A stretch of 64,000 nucleotides of DNA from Myxococcota bacterium (GTDB lineage Bacteria; Myxococcota; UBA4151): the NCBI GenBank assembly GCA_036338695.1, contig JAYZBQ010000076.1, positions 930 to 64,929 on the forward strand. The letters are read 5' to 3'. Under the pieces are notes generated by a model, which was not told where the DNA came from, did not search any database, and saw only the letters and a program-made list of their open reading frames with translations. This document shows, piece after piece, positions 54,907 to 63,182 of this stretch. Position numbers and translations under genes: made by a program. Positions within the stretch are counted from its first letter, which is position 1. Each line of letters begins with the position of its first letter.

Positions 54907-56193
54907 TTGTCGATGAGCCAACTGATGAAACAGTTTTCTATTTCCTTTCTTGTACTCGCTGCGGCGAGTTGCACCAGTGAACCGATCACGAAGAGCTGGG
55001 TATTTGTCTCGAAGGCGCCCTCGGTTTCGACGCCCCTCGTGACCCAAGACCGCATCTTCTTCGGATCCGACGTTGGGTTGGACGCGATCAACCGTCTGGG
55101 CGGCTTCGTTTGGCGCCTTGATCGACAAGGCATGAACGTCGTGGGCGGTCCTGCTGCCTACGAAGACATCGTCTTGTTCGGGTCGACCAACTCGCAGTTT
55201 TACGCCGCATCTTATGATGGCCGGATGGTGTGGGAGTACACGGCGGGCGCGCGCATCAAGTCCGATGCGTTGACCGACGGAGACTCGGTCATCTTCTCGA
55301 GTTACGACGGGCATGTGTACAAGATGGCGGTCGAAGACAAAAAGATGCAGTGGATCTTCCCGAGCGAAGCGGCTGAGGAGCTTCCGGGCCCGCCGACTCA
55401 TCCAAAGGTCAAAGCCTACATCGCCGCGATGGCTGACTACTCCAAGAAGGTGGCTGAATGCGCCGCTCAGGCTGAGGCAGCTCAGGCGGAAGGCAAGGCG
55501 CCTGAGCAGCCGTGCGAAACGGGTGACGAGCCGGCTGCACCTTCGTCAGAGCAGGGCGCTGAGTGGGAGTGGCCGCCAGCCGATTTTGCATACTCCTCGC
55601 CCATGCGTGTTGGGAACTTGATCATCTTGGGGAACATGGACTGGAACGTCTATGCGCTGAACGCCGACACGGGCGAGCTGGTCTGGCGCACACGTCTTAA
55701 TGGGACCGTGACGTCGAGCGCAGTAGCGGGCGACGGCGTGATCTACATCGGCAGCAACGGACGACTCGGTGGCAAGAGCCCAGAGGACGGACGGCTCTAC
55801 GCACTCGACGCTAAGACCGGGAAAATCCTTAACAACTTCCAGGCGAAGAACGAGGTTAACTCTTCGGTGCGCGTCAACGGTGACTCGTTGTACTTCGGTG
55901 ACGTCGCCGGGAACATGTACTGTCTGGACGCCAAGACGCTCAAAGAGAAGTGGTCGTTCAAAACCAACGGGCCGATCCGAGGGCGCCCTGCGATCTACAA
56001 GAATCTCGTCTTTATTGGTTCGGGCGCTGGCGACAACCAAATGTACGCGTTACGTCAGGACGACGGGAAGGTGTTTTGGAAGTACAAGACGGGCGGTAAA
56101 ATCGAATCGGATCCTGTGATCAGTGGTGATGAGCTGTTCTTCACGAGCCATGACCGCAGGTTGTACGCCTTCAAGATTCGAAAGACGCCCTGA
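54907..56193 (+). CDS. PQQ-like beta-propeller repeat lipoprotein
   Basis: Lipobox VLAAASCTSEP. Six or more WxY/Gx(V/L)YxG blade motifs (DGRMVWEY, DGHVYKM, TGELVWRT, DGRLYALDAKTGKIL, NMYCLDAKTLKEKWSF, GKVFWKY). Contains an Ala/Glu/Gln-rich insert. Confidence 0.65.
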   Translation: MSMSQLMKQFSISFLVLAAASCTSEPITKSWVFVSKAPSVSTPLVTQDRIFFGSDVGLDAINRLGGFVWRLDRQGMNVVGGPAAYEDIVLFGSTNSQFYAASYDGRMVWEYTAGARIKSDALTDGDSVIFSSYDGHVYKMAVEDKKMQWIFPSEAAEELPGPPTHPKVKAYIAAMADYSKKVAECAAQAEAAQAEGKAPEQPCETGDEPAAPSSEQGAEWEWPPADFAYSSPMRVGNLIILGNMDWNVYALNADTGELVWRTRLNGTVTSSAVAGDGVIYIGSNGRLGGKSPEDGRLYALDAKTGKILNNFQAKNEVNSSVRVNGDSLYFGDVAGNMYCLDAKTLKEKWSFKTNGPIRGRPAIYKNLVFIGSGAGDNQMYALRQDDGKVFWKYKTGGKIESDPVISGDELFFTSHDRRLYAFKIRKTP

Positions 56194-56252
56194 GACCAAA
56201 ACGTTCGACCGTTTCGTCAAAGAATTCTGGTCGGTAAACGGAAAGCGTCCGC

Positions 56253-57011
56253 GTGGATATTGCGACAGTCCTAGGAGCCCTCGTAGCGTTTGGCTTGGTC
56301 GGTGGCTCGATCGCCATGGGCGGCGGCACGGCCTTTATCGACCCAGCCTCCGCGATGATCGTGATCGGCGGCACGACCGGCGCGATCATGCTCGCGACCT
56401 CGATGGAGAAGTTTCAGGCGCTGGGTAAGGTCTTTAGCAAGGCGCTGACGGTGACGCCGGTGCCGATGGTTGAGACCGCCACCAACATGGTCGAATATGC
56501 GCAGATTGCGCGCCGAGAGGGCATGTTGAGCCTGGAGCAGGCGCTGGCGAGCGCCGACCCGTTCATGGCGAACGGGATCCAGCTCGCCATCGATGGGATC
56601 GCGCCAGATGTCGTCGAGGACATCATGTACATCGATCTAGACCGGATGAAGGCGCGCCATAAGGCGGGCAATGAGCTCATGAGCCTTGGCGCCACCTTCG
56701 CACCGGCGATGGGTTTGATTGGTACGCTCATCGGTTTGGTTCAGATGCTCCAAAATATGTCGGATCCGAACACCATCGGTCCTGCGATGGCGGTGGCTTT
56801 GCTCACGACCTTTTATGGCGCATTGCTCGCCAACCTCGTCTTTGTTCCCATCTCGAGTAAGCTTAAGATGCGCTCGACCGCTGAGATCGAATACCGCGAG
56901 ATGATGATGGAGGGCGTGATGGCGATCGCCAAAGGCGAGAGCCCGCGTATGGTTGAGAAGAAGCTCAACGCCATGTTGCCGCCTGATGATCGTCTGTCGC
57001 TCTTTGACTGA
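56253..57011 (+). CDS. motA: Flagellar stator protein MotA/PomA
   Basis: 252 aa with four TM segments; MotA/TolQ/ExbB family core (ATFAPAMGLIGTLIGLVQM...TTFYGALLANLVFVPI). GTG start. Confidence 0.85.
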   Translation: MDIATVLGALVAFGLVGGSIAMGGGTAFIDPASAMIVIGGTTGAIMLATSMEKFQALGKVFSKALTVTPVPMVETATNMVEYAQIARREGMLSLEQALASADPFMANGIQLAIDGIAPDVVEDIMYIDLDRMKARHKAGNELMSLGATFAPAMGLIGTLIGLVQMLQNMSDPNTIGPAMAVALLTTFYGALLANLVFVPISSKLKMRSTAEIEYREMMMEGVMAIAKGESPRMVEKKLNAMLPPDDRLSLFD

Positions 57012-57706
57012 TGGGTAAACGCCGAGCTCCCGAACCCGAAGAGCCCGAAGCGGACGGCTTCGTCGTCATGATGACCTCGCTCTCGATGATCATGTTGGCG
57101 TTTTTTATCGTGCTCAACACGATGGCGACCATTACCCAGGTCAAGGTCATGAAGGCGCTCGATTCGTTGTATGGATCGTTCGGCCCACTCAGCGGCGGAA
57201 AGTCCGTTGAGCCCGGCCCCCTTTCGATCAAAGAGAACGTCACCGAAGAGAAAAAGCCGGACAAGGAGAAGGTCTATAAGTCGATGCTCCAGCGCGCCGA
57301 CCTTGACCCCTCGATCGAACTGCTTGAGCGCGACGACAGCTTCACGGTCGCCCTCCAGGACGATGTGCTGTTTGAAACGGGGCTCAATCAGATCAGCCCA
57401 CGCATGTTTTCGTCCCTCAACGCAGTGGCTCAGGTCATCAAAGAGGTGAACATGCCGGTACGGATTGTTGGCTACTCGGACGCAACGCCTGCCGTCGACG
57501 GTGAGACCAATTTGATGCTTAGCCTCAAGCGCGCCGTGTTGGTGAAGAACTATCTGATGTATGCTGGGCGTGTTCCGGCCGACCTGATGATCGTCGAAGG
57601 GCGAGGCGAGGAGCTCTCGCCGCACTTCTTGTCAAAAGCCGGCGATGAGATTGCGGTGAGCGATGATCGGCGGCGGCGCGTGGAGTTGGTGTGGGGGCTC
57701 GACTAG
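57011..57706 (+). CDS. MotB-like stator protein paralogue lacking the conserved plug/channel Asp
   Basis: TM segment FVVMMTSLSMIMLAFFIVL aligns with the MotB YADFMTAMMAFF region but has Ser where the proton-binding Asp belongs. C-terminal OmpA-like peptidoglycan-binding domain (RIVGYSDATP...NLMLSLKRA). Confidence 0.7.
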   Translation: MGKRRAPEPEEPEADGFVVMMTSLSMIMLAFFIVLNTMATITQVKVMKALDSLYGSFGPLSGGKSVEPGPLSIKENVTEEKKPDKEKVYKSMLQRADLDPSIELLERDDSFTVALQDDVLFETGLNQISPRMFSSLNAVAQVIKEVNMPVRIVGYSDATPAVDGETNLMLSLKRAVLVKNYLMYAGRVPADLMIVEGRGEELSPHFLSKAGDEIAVSDDRRRRVELVWGLD

Positions 57707-57709
57707 TCC

Positions 57710-58444
57710 ATGGGTGATAAGAAGAAGGGCGGCGGCGGTGATGACGGACCTGGGATCGATCCGAACGGCTGGATGATCACCTTCTCTGACCTGCTCACCT
57801 TGATGCTCACGTTCTTTGTGCTCCTGTTCTCAATGAGCAGTCTCGATGCGAAGTCCCTGAAAGAGCTGACCGAGACGGAGGCGATGTCAGGCGGCGATGG
57901 TGTGCTCGAGATCGGTCAGCCCGAGAAGGTTCAGGCGGTGGACGCCAAGGACAAGCCAACCGTCACCCCTCGAAAGATGGCCTCTGTCGCCGAGGATGTG
58001 GCGCAATATTTGCGTATGGTTGGGCGTGGCGTCTCCGACGAGCGGCGACGTCTCTTGGAGCAGCGGATTCGTGAGCGCGGGAAGCAAGAGAAGGTTGAGG
58101 TGACCTTTTTGCCGAACGGTGTGCAGATCGCCTTTGAAGGGGACGATGAGTTGATGGCCCAAGGGCAGATCAGTCGCGGCGCACAGGATCAGCTCCGCGT
58201 CGTTGGTGACGCCGCTGTCGATTCGGGAGCGCGCGTGCGCGTGGAGACGGAGGCTCGTGGCGATGACCTCAACGCCTGGATCGCTGCCACGGAGCGCGCC
58301 TCAGCCATCAGCGAGTTTATACGCCGTCATAGCGGTATTGCGAAGAAGCGAAATCGGTTAGGGGTTGCACCAAAGCCTGCTGATGGGAGCGGGCGACGCG
58401 TCCGCATGGTGCTTGAGATGCCGGACGCAAAGGAGGAGCGATGA
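57710..58444 (+). CDS. motB: MotB-like stator protein with conserved Asp
   Basis: WMITFSDLLTLMLTFFVLLF keeps the canonical Asp. The C-terminal region is only weakly OmpA-like. Confidence 0.65.
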   Translation: MGDKKKGGGGDDGPGIDPNGWMITFSDLLTLMLTFFVLLFSMSSLDAKSLKELTETEAMSGGDGVLEIGQPEKVQAVDAKDKPTVTPRKMASVAEDVAQYLRMVGRGVSDERRRLLEQRIRERGKQEKVEVTFLPNGVQIAFEGDDELMAQGQISRGAQDQLRVVGDAAVDSGARVRVETEARGDDLNAWIAATERASAISEFIRRHSGIAKKRNRLGVAPKPADGSGRRVRMVLEMPDAKEER

Positions 58445-58947
58445 GCGAAGAAGAGCTGGAACAGCAGCCGTCAGGTGGTGGGAACAACAAAATTATCCTC
58501 ATTTTGGTGAGCGTCAATATCGTGGCGGTGCTCGGCGTGTTGGTCTACCTGATCACTTCGCAAGGCGCTGCCCCCGCCGCCGTTGTGGTGGGCGGTGAGG
58601 CGATCGCCAAGCCGGCGCAAGAAGAGCCGGGCGCAGGCCCGCCGTGGAAGATGGACCCGCTGATCGTCAACCTGCGGGTGCCGGAGGGTACGCGCTACTT
58701 GAAGGTGGCGCTCGAGTTTGAGCTGACGGGCGAGAAGTTCAAAGAGCTCGCTGAGGATCGCAAGGGGCGGATCAAGGATCAAGTGATCGAGTTCCTAAGC
58801 GATCTAACGGTCGACGATGTGGTCGGCAGTGACAACAAGCAATACATCAAAGAGCGGCTCCTGACCCGGCTGAACCACAGCCTCGAAGGCGAGGCGGGCG
58901 GTCCGGTGTTTCGGCGCGTCTTCTTCCCTGAGTTTCTGGTGCAGTAG
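58441..58947 (+). CDS. fliL: Flagellar basal-body-associated protein FliL
   Basis: Single TM then PLIVNLRVPEGTRYLKVALEFEL...KERLLTRLN, the FliL signature. Confidence 0.8.
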   Translation: MSEEELEQQPSGGGNNKIILILVSVNIVAVLGVLVYLITSQGAAPAAVVVGGEAIAKPAQEEPGAGPPWKMDPLIVNLRVPEGTRYLKVALEFELTGEKFKELAEDRKGRIKDQVIEFLSDLTVDDVVGSDNKQYIKERLLTRLNHSLEGEAGGPVFRRVFFPEFLVQ

Positions 58948-58956
58948 GCGTCCAAG

Positions 58957-59994
58957 GTGTCGGAGCAGATCCTCAGTCAGGACGAGGTCGAAGCCCTCCT
59001 CTCGGCGATTAAAAACGACGACGTTCAAGCCAGCGGTGGAACCGGTGAAGCCGGGCAGCCAGCTGATCGGCTCCGGCAAGACGCTGAAGCCATCGATCTG
59101 ACGAGCGCCGACCGCACCGCTACGGTGCGCATGCCCAGTCTTGAGATCTTCAATGAGCGCACGGGGATGGCCTTCGGGCAGGTCTTAGAGAGCACGATCC
59201 GGCGCGCCGTGCGTGTCCATCATGACGGCACCGGCCCGATGAAGATGTCGGAGTTTTTGAACTATTTGCCCGTACCCTCATGCCTTAATCTGGTGCGCAT
59301 CGAACCCTTGTGGGGTGTGTCGCTGCTCGCCGTTGAGGCGCGCTTGCTCTACGCCATGCTCGAAGGTTTTTTCGGCGGGCACGGCTCCGGGCAACTGCGC
59401 ACAGAGGCGCATACGTTCACCTCGATCGAGCTGACCTTTGTCAAACGCGTGGTCGAGATTTTCGGCGACAACCTGAGCAAAACCTGGTCGAGCTTTTTGC
59501 CCTTTGAGATGAGCTACATCCGGACGGAGTCCAACCCTCAGTACGCCTCGATCGTGCAAGCCAACGACCTGGTCATGGTGACGACCTACAACATCGAGTT
59601 GCCCTCCGTACGCGGGAAGGTGCACCTGGCCATCCCCTTCTCGGCGCTCGAGCCCTATAAAAAGGAGCTCGGCGCCGAACTTCAAGTCCAAGCCGATGAT
59701 CGACAGAACGATTGGGCCCAAGCTTTGCAAGAGCAGTTGGGAGAGTTTGTCATCGAGCTTTCAGTGGAGTTAGGGCGCGCTCAGATGACGGTTCGAGAAC
59801 TGCTGGCTTTGGAGCCTGGTGCCGTGCTGATGCTGGACCGGCCCGCTGAAGAGCCCCTGGTTCTGACCGTTGAAGGTCGCCCGAAGTATACGGGGCGCCC
59901 TGTCCTCCACCGAAAGCATGTCGGGTTCATGGTGGGTTCCGCTGTGGACGGGGAGGAAGAGCACGATGTCGGAGAAGACCCAAGAGGGGATTGA
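58957..59994 (+). CDS. fliM: Flagellar motor switch protein FliM
   Basis: N-terminal CheY-P binding motif LSQDEVEALL, then the FliM middle and C-terminal domains. GTG start. Confidence 0.9.
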   Translation: MSEQILSQDEVEALLSAIKNDDVQASGGTGEAGQPADRLRQDAEAIDLTSADRTATVRMPSLEIFNERTGMAFGQVLESTIRRAVRVHHDGTGPMKMSEFLNYLPVPSCLNLVRIEPLWGVSLLAVEARLLYAMLEGFFGGHGSGQLRTEAHTFTSIELTFVKRVVEIFGDNLSKTWSSFLPFEMSYIRTESNPQYASIVQANDLVMVTTYNIELPSVRGKVHLAIPFSALEPYKKELGAELQVQADDRQNDWAQALQEQLGEFVIELSVELGRAQMTVRELLALEPGAVLMLDRPAEEPLVLTVEGRPKYTGRPVLHRKHVGFMVGSAVDGEEEHDVGEDPRGD

Positions 59995-60244
59995 TCTCAT
60001 CCTGGATATCCCGCTGGAGATCAGCGTACGGCTCGGTCGGGCGAAGATGCCCATCCAAGAGTTGATGAGTCTAGCGCCCGGGTCGGTGATCGATCTGGAC
60101 AAGCTGAGCGGCGAACCGCTCGATATTCTACTCAACGGGAAGCTGGTCGCACGCGGAGAAGCGGTCGTGGTCAATGATCGCTACGGCGTTCGGCTCGTCG
60201 AGATCATCTCGGCGACCGACCGCATCGCTGGCTTGGGAACGTAG
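59966..60244 (+). CDS. fliN: Flagellar motor switch protein FliN
   Basis: ATG at 59966 with GGAGGAAG upstream. SpoA domain ILDIPLEISVRLGRAKMPIQELMSLAPGSVIDLDKLSGEPLDILLNGKLVARGEAVVV. Overlaps the fliM end by 29 nt. Confidence 0.85.
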   Translation: MSEKTQEGIDLILDIPLEISVRLGRAKMPIQELMSLAPGSVIDLDKLSGEPLDILLNGKLVARGEAVVVNDRYGVRLVEIISATDRIAGLGT

Positions 60245-60249
60245 CGGTT

Positions 60250-61362
60250 ATGCTAACGCTCGTTTTTATCGCCTCGCTGGCGCAGCCGCAGCCGGGTCAG
60301 AAGCTGTTGCGTGCGGACCTTGTTCGCAGCCCAAAGGGCTCGAACTTGGTCCTCGAGTTCGCCAAACCGATCAAGCGCACCAGCGTCCCCATCGTCCCCG
60401 CCGGTCGGCGCCTCGTGCTCCACCTGCCCGGTCCCGTGAGCACGCGGCTCGCAGGCCAGCGTCAAGGGATGGGCGCAGTCTCGTCGGTTACGGCGCGTCG
60501 CGACCGCGTGACGCTGCAGCTCAACCGGCTCGCAAGACCCTTCGCAGACCGAGCGATCGTTCGGGCTAAGGGCACGACCTGGCGTCTGAAAATGGCGGAT
60601 CCGACGGTCGAGCGCGACCTCGCCGATATGTTGCTCGGGACCGCCAAAGTGAAAGAGCGTAAACCTTTTGACGCGCTCACTGAGTCAGCTAAGCTCAGCG
60701 AAGCCGCGCAAGAGAAGGTGAACGCCGAAGAGGTCATCGCAGAAGAGCCAGCCAAAGCGGCAGCCGGCCTCGCGGCCGTCGCCGCCGCTGCGCGCGGTGA
60801 GGCGCCACCTGCTGCCCCCACGAATCCACAAACACCCGGCGCCGGCGCGCCGGCGCCCATTGAACCCTCGGGCGACCTCGGTTCCACTGTGCGCGTGGTC
60901 GGCGGGATCGGCCTGGTGCTTATCGGCCTGCTCGGTTGGGTGGCATGGCGCCGCCGGCAGACGCCGATGGAGGAAGCCTTTGGTCTCAGGGTCGTGTCAC
61001 GGGCTAAACTCGACACCAAAAGCTCGGTCGCTGTGCTTGAGGTCGGCGGAGCCGTGCTGATCATCGGGCTGAGTGATCAAGGACCGAGGCTGCTCGCCCG
61101 CCTTGATGACGGTCGAACCATGGAGGACGACGACCAAGGAGCTCAAGAGGTCGAGCGGCTGCGCGCCCTGGTCGGGAAGAATCCGGCAGATCGCTTGGGC
61201 GCGTGGGTCACGGCAGCGCAGGGCGGTCGCCCCGAGCCGGCGCAATCGGCGGCGCAGCCTTTACCCGCTGAGCCGGTCGCTGTCTCGACCCCGGCAGGGC
61301 ACAACGAGCGTGCGGACCTTCAGCGACGCTTAGCCGAGATCCGACGGGTATGCTCGGACTAA
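60250..61362 (+). CDS. FliO-like flagellar biosynthesis protein with about 200-aa N-terminal extension
   Basis: C-terminal third (TM VVGGIGLVLIGLLGWVAW followed by LRVVSRAKLDTKSSVAVLEVGGAVLIIGLSDQGPRLLARLDD) matches the FliO core, and its position between fliN and fliP agrees. The N-terminus has a signal-like start, a beta-rich domain and an Ala/Pro-rich linker. Confidence 0.55.
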   Translation: MLTLVFIASLAQPQPGQKLLRADLVRSPKGSNLVLEFAKPIKRTSVPIVPAGRRLVLHLPGPVSTRLAGQRQGMGAVSSVTARRDRVTLQLNRLARPFADRAIVRAKGTTWRLKMADPTVERDLADMLLGTAKVKERKPFDALTESAKLSEAAQEKVNAEEVIAEEPAKAAAGLAAVAAAARGEAPPAAPTNPQTPGAGAPAPIEPSGDLGSTVRVVGGIGLVLIGLLGWVAWRRRQTPMEEAFGLRVVSRAKLDTKSSVAVLEVGGAVLIIGLSDQGPRLLARLDDGRTMEDDDQGAQEVERLRALVGKNPADRLGAWVTAAQGGRPEPAQSAAQPLPAEPVAVSTPAGHNERADLQRRLAEIRRVCSD

Positions 61363-62123
61363 TCCAGCACGCCGCTCGCTTCGTCGCGCTCAGTGTGATT
61401 CTCGCCCCTGCGCTTGCGTTCGGTCAGGTCGACGCGCCCACGATTGCGCTGCCCGAGATGAGCATCAAGGTCGGTGGCGGCGACGGCAACCTCGTCGAGA
61501 GCCTCAAGGTCATGGGGCTGCTGACGGTCTTGACCTTGGCGCCGGCGATCATCATCTCGGTGACCAGCTTTACCCGGATCATTATCGTCTTCGGTTTTTT
61601 AAGGACTGCGCTCGGCACGCAGAGCTCGCCCCCGAATCAGGTCTTGGTCAGTTTGGCGCTCTTCCTAACAGCTGCTGTCATGACGCCGGTGGCGTCAACG
61701 ATCTGGAATGATGGCATCGTCCCCCACCAAGAGGGGCGCCTGTCAGACGTCGCCTTGCTCGGTGTTGCGACCCAAAATATCCGTGGTTTTCTTTTGGTTC
61801 ATACCCGCGATCAAGAGCTCATGACCGTTCATCGGCTGGCGGCTCAAGCCAGACCCAAAGCGCGCGAGGACATCGCCTTTCACCTGCTCGTCCCAGCCTT
61901 TATGCTCAGCGAGCTCAAGGCGGCTTTTCAGATCGGCTTCTTGGTGGCGCTCCCCTTTTTGGTGGTCGACCTCGCCGTAGCGACCCTGCTCATGAGCATG
62001 GGCATGATGATGCTGCCGCCGGTCATGATCTCGCTGCCGTTTAAGGTGCTTATCTTCCTACTCGCTGACGGCTGGAATCTGGTGGTCGTCAACCTCGCCC
62101 GCAGCTTCGGGATGGAGGTCTAA
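61350..62123 (+). CDS. fliP: Flagellar export apparatus protein FliP
   Basis: Signal peptide then FTRIIIVFGFLRTALG, the FliP signature. Confidence 0.9.
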   Translation: MLGLIQHAARFVALSVILAPALAFGQVDAPTIALPEMSIKVGGGDGNLVESLKVMGLLTVLTLAPAIIISVTSFTRIIIVFGFLRTALGTQSSPPNQVLVSLALFLTAAVMTPVASTIWNDGIVPHQEGRLSDVALLGVATQNIRGFLLVHTRDQELMTVHRLAAQARPKAREDIAFHLLVPAFMLSELKAAFQIGFLVALPFLVVDLAVATLLMSMGMMMLPPVMISLPFKVLIFLLADGWNLVVVNLARSFGMEV

Positions 62124-62395
62124 TGGACGGGGCGACGGTCTCAGTGGCGCTGAGTCAAATGGTTGACGTCTCGATGCAGGTGGCGGGACCCTACCTCCTC
62201 GTTGGGCTCGTCGTCGGGCTGATCATGAGCCTGTTTCAGGCGCTGACTCAGCTGCAGGAGCCTTCACTTGTTTTCGTTCCAAAGGTTCTAGCGATCGTGG
62301 TGCTCATGGGGTTAATCGGCGCATGGACCAGCGACGTGATGGTGCGCTACACGGTCAATATGTTTGACCTGTTCGGCGCCACGCTCGCGCCCTGA
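62123..62395 (+). CDS. fliQ: Flagellar export apparatus protein FliQ
   Basis: 90 aa, two TM segments, conserved GLIMSLFQALTQLQE. Confidence 0.85.
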   Translation: MDGATVSVALSQMVDVSMQVAGPYLLVGLVVGLIMSLFQALTQLQEPSLVFVPKVLAIVVLMGLIGAWTSDVMVRYTVNMFDLFGATLAP

Positions 62396-63141
62396 TGGGG
62401 TTGCCGTGGATGCAACCGGAATGGTTGCTCGGGTTTGGCGTGATCATGGTTCGCCTGATCGCGTTTCTTGCCGTCTTACCCACCTTCCCGGGGAGCGCTT
62501 TTGGGCTGCGCATGCGAGGCATCATCGCTTTGTGGTTGGCGTGGTTGTTTCAGCTCGCCTCGCCGCTCGAGGTGGTCGATGTGGGGATGTCTTGGGCGGT
62601 CTACGAGCTGACCGCCTCGGCCTGCATCGGCGTGGTGCTCGGGTATACCGTGCGTCTGTCCCTCGATGCGCTGCATTTTGCCGGTGAGATCTTAGGGATC
62701 AACATTGGCTTAGGCTTAGCTGGGGTGGTCGACCCGAACACGGGGACCCGAGAGAACCCGGTCAGTCGCTTGCTCGTCATGGCCGGCGCGGTGGTCTTGC
62801 TGACGCTCGATCTGCACCTCGGGATCCTCGAGCTGCTGCGTCAGAGCTTTTCTTGGCAACCCCACGTCGACTTATGGATGTACGGACCGCGCGCGGGCGC
62901 CCGTATGATCGAGGAGGGGGTTCGGTTCGGCTTGCCGGTGGTCGGTGGCGCCACCTTGCTGTACCTGCTCTTCGGTGTCTTGGCGCGCGTGGCGCCGCAG
63001 ATTCAGATCTTTCAGATCGCCTACAGCGTGACCATTTTAGGGGGGCTTTTCATCCTCTACCTTGAGGTCCCTCAGCTCCCGGCGCTCGTGGAGAGCTTCT
63101 TGCAGTCTCACCTGGACGCCCTTGCGTTGTTGGTCCGCTGA
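62395..63141 (+). CDS. fliR: Flagellar export apparatus protein FliR
   Basis: 248 aa polytopic protein; position and size fit FliR. Confidence 0.8.
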   Translation: MGLPWMQPEWLLGFGVIMVRLIAFLAVLPTFPGSAFGLRMRGIIALWLAWLFQLASPLEVVDVGMSWAVYELTASACIGVVLGYTVRLSLDALHFAGEILGINIGLGLAGVVDPNTGTRENPVSRLLVMAGAVVLLTLDLHLGILELLRQSFSWQPHVDLWMYGPRAGARMIEEGVRFGLPVVGGATLLYLLFGVLARVAPQIQIFQIAYSVTILGGLFILYLEVPQLPALVESFLQSHLDALALLVR

Positions 63142-63182
63142 GCGAGTGGAGCGGCTGACGCGAGGCGCCGAGAGGGGCTGCG

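Noticed and set aside
56193-56253. Sigma-54 promoter (TGGCAC-N5-TTGC) upstream of motA and at 53590..53610 upstream of hup
   Set aside because: No match found with correct GG-N10-GC spacing at either place; the TTGCA near 53600 lacks a properly spaced GG.
56253-58444. MotA/MotB-like genes as a Zorya-type anti-phage system
   Set aside because: MotA here is standard length (252 aa, no long ZorA tail). No ZorC/ZorD-like genes follow. The genes are embedded in a canonical fliLMNOPQR-flhB flagellar operon.
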